Part shown: positions 61,527 through 64,000 of the stretch, piece by piece
Layout: each line of letters begins with the position of its first letter
How positions within the stretch are numbered: the stretch's first letter is position 1
DNA from: Macrostomum lignano
Taxonomy: Eukaryota
Assembly (NCBI GenBank): GCA_002269645.1
Contig: NIVC01000739.1
Span: 124,001-188,000, forward strand
Length of the DNA: 64,000 nucleotides
Reading direction: 5' to 3'
The notes under the pieces: generated by a model
The model's database searches: none
What the model was told of the DNA's origin: nothing
The model's input: the letters and a program-made list of their open reading frames with translations, nothing else
Translations under genes and position numbers: made by a program

Positions 61527-61598
61527 TTCCCTGACCGGGAGTCGAACCCGGGCCGCCTGGGTGAGAGCCAGGAATCCTAACCGCTAGACCATCAGGGA
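61527..61598 (-). tRNA. tRNA-Glu(CTC): tRNA-Glu, anticodon CTC
   Basis: tccctgatggtctagcggttaggattcctggctCTCacccaggcggcccgggttcgactcccggtcagggaa: 72 nt, paired stems, followed by a T5 Pol III terminator. Confidence 0.95.
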
Positions 61599-61698
61599 CT
61601 TGTTGACATTTGGCATTTCTTCTGAATTTATTCACCATGCAACCGAAAACGCTATTGCATGACTCGAGCTTTGGCCACACTCCGCAGACCACACAGAA

Positions 61699-63420
61699 AT
61701 GTATAACTGTATCAGAGTCAGCCAATTTGGTCCGTCTTCGGTGCTGCAAATGGCCTCAGCAGATGTTAGTAGCCTGTCACCCGGCCCTGGTCAGGTGTTA
61801 ATCAAAGCTCTCGCAGCTGGTGTTAATCCAGTTGAAACATACATTCGATCTGGTCAATATGCTACACTGCCAAAGCTGCCTTACACTCCTGGTTCCGACT
61901 GTGCTGGAGAGGTAAAGTCAATTTCAAAACAGGGGCATTGCCGATACGTATCGAAAATAACTATATTCAATCGTAACTTATCAATAGGTTGTAGCAGTCA
62001 GCAAAGACGTATCTAAACGACTAAAAACTGGAGAACGCGTGTACACAATGGGCACAGTGAGCGGCTCTTACGCTCAGCTGGTGCTAGCTAGCCAATCCAA
62101 TACGTTTCGACTGCCTGACAATGTCTCTTGGCTGGAGGGTGCTTGTCTAGGCGTGCCAGCTTTTACTGCTCTGCGCGCTCTGCGCACCTGCGGCGGCGCT
62201 CGTGCCGGTCAGACAGTTTTGATACACGGCGCCAGCGGCGCTGTTGGCCTGCTGTGCTGCCAACTGGCCGCTAATCTGGGCATGCGAGTGCTGGCGACTG
62301 CTGGTTGGCTTGCTAGTTACTATTTTAATTTCTTAGCTTAAATGTACACCAGCCCTTCCCCTGCCTAGATTTCCTACCCCCTCTAAATGTACACCAGCCC
62401 TTCCCCTGCCTAGCTTTCCTACCCCCTCTAAATGTACACCAGCCCTTCCCCTGCCTAGCTTTCCTACCCCCTCTAAATGTACACCAGCCCTTCCCCTGCC
62501 TAGCTTTCCTACCCCCTCTAAATGTACACCAGCCCTTCCCCTGTAGCTTTCCTACCCCCTCTAAATGTACACCAGCCCTTCCCCTGCCTAGCTTTCCTAC
62601 CCCCTCTAAATGTACACCAGCCCTTCCCCTGTAGCTTTCCTACCCTTCTAAATGTACACCAGCCCTTCCCCTGCCTAGCTTTCCTACCCCCTCTAAATGT
62701 ACACCAGCCCTTCCCCTGCCTAGCTTTCCTACCCCCTCTAAATGTACACCAGCCCTTCCCCTGTAGCTCTCCTACCCCTCTAAATGTACACCAGCCCTTC
62801 TCCTGCCTAGCTTTCCTACCCCTCTAAATGTACAGCAGCCCTTCCCCTGCCTAGCTTTCCTACCCCCCTCTAAATGTACACCAGCCCTTCCCCTGCCTAG
62901 CTTTCTTACCCCTCCAAATGTACACCAGCTCTTCCCTGTCTAACTTTCCCACTCCTCTAAATGTACACTAGCCCTTCCCCTGCTTAGCTTTGCCACCCCC
63001 TCTAAGTGTACACCAGCCCTACCCCTTGCCCAGTCTTTTTACTCGCCAACGTCACGTGACGCCACAAAACGCCCACCCGCCCCAGGCAGTCCGGAAGGCC
63101 GTCAGCTCGCTCTTGACTGCGGCGCTAACATGGCATTCGATCACCACGACCCAGACTACGCCGACGCCATCGCTGTTGAAACCGCCGACACTGACGGTGT
63201 CCATCTGACTGTGGAGATGCTGGCCAACGTTAATTTGGCCACCGACTGTCGACTGGCTTCACCTAGTGGCCGCATTGTGATTGTCGGCAATCGGGGCTCG
63301 CTGAACTTTAATCCGCGTCTGACCATGTCCAAGGAGGTCAGCGTGACCGGCGTGTTCCTGCGCCGGTCGACAGATGTTGAACTGGCCGAGTACGCCAAGT
63401 TGATCAGCGGGATGTTGAAG
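61699..63420 (+). CDS. CRYZ: Quinone oxidoreductase / zeta-crystallin; last exon beyond the window
   Basis: Exons 61699-61911, 61988-62303, 63086-63420; GVNPVETYIRSG, LPYTPGSD, VLIHGASGAVG, EMLANVNL, IVGNRG. Confidence 0.92.
62340..63030. repeat. ~45-bp minisatellite in a CRYZ intron
   Basis: Unit taaatgtacaccagcccttcccctgcctagctttcctaccccctc. Confidence 0.95.
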
Positions 63421-63519
63421 GTGAGCAGTCAGTCTTGGGTTCATTTGGAATCTACTTACCAGACTACATGCATCTGCTCATTCCCTTTTATGTGTACTTG
63501 CCCATTTGTGTGTACACTT

Positions 63520-63940
63520 ATCTGACTACCTATCTACCTTCGTATCTACCTGACACCCTAAAAACCTACTGTCGTATCAACCTACCTACCAACCAACCAA
63601 CCTACCTTCGTTTCTACCTTCCAACCTACTTTTGTATCTACTTACCTACCTACTCTCTTATCAACCTACCTAACCTACCAGTCTACTTTTGTATTTACCT
63701 ACCCACCTTACCAATCCACATCTACATGTACCTGTCTAACGACCAATCTACTTTTGTATCTACCTGACTGGCTACCAACCTACCTTCGTGTCTATCTACC
63801 TACCGACTAACCTACTTTCGTATCTACCTACCTACCTACTTTTGTATCTACTTACCTACCTACTAACCAACCTACTTTCGATTTTACTTTACCAATCACT
63901 TATTACCTACCTTTTAAACTACCTTACTTAACATGGACCT
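63520..63940. repeat. Degenerate (CTAC)n-rich low-complexity intron sequence
   Basis: Repeated ctacctac / ctactttt motifs. Confidence 0.75.
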
Positions 63941-64000
63941 GCTCTACGTACCTCTAGTCCACTTTTACCTTTTTAATCTGCTTGTAACCAACGGTGCTGT

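Overview
Eukaryotic (invertebrate) genomic DNA with spliceosomal introns full of mini- and microsatellites. The style recalls Macrostomum-type flatworm assemblies, but that is an inference only. Host genes: two convergent paralogues fusing spectrin-like repeats to a tankyrase-type PARP catalytic domain (one with an N-terminal double zinc ribbon and an 18-aa repeat tract), NEK1, SSUH2, UFSP1, SAE1, PSTK, tRNA-Glu(CTC) and CRYZ (3' end outside the window). The centrepiece is a complete 15,485-bp Polinton/Maverick (adintovirus-type endogenous virus) at 34359-49843, with AGTAG...CTACT ends, ~280-bp TIRs and a 6-bp TSD (CTGCCT). It encodes pPolB, integrase, packaging ATPase, adenain protease, major and minor capsid, pX-like, core-like, PLA2 and a hydrophobic membrane protein, plus an intron-containing RING-finger gene. 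All six of its frameshifts are single-base indels at homopolymers or single G bases, and the host gene PSTK has a similar defect, so the element may be close to intact; the only clear substitution lesion is one in-frame stop in the integrase. All calls come from reading the sequence and recalling family motifs; no database search was run.
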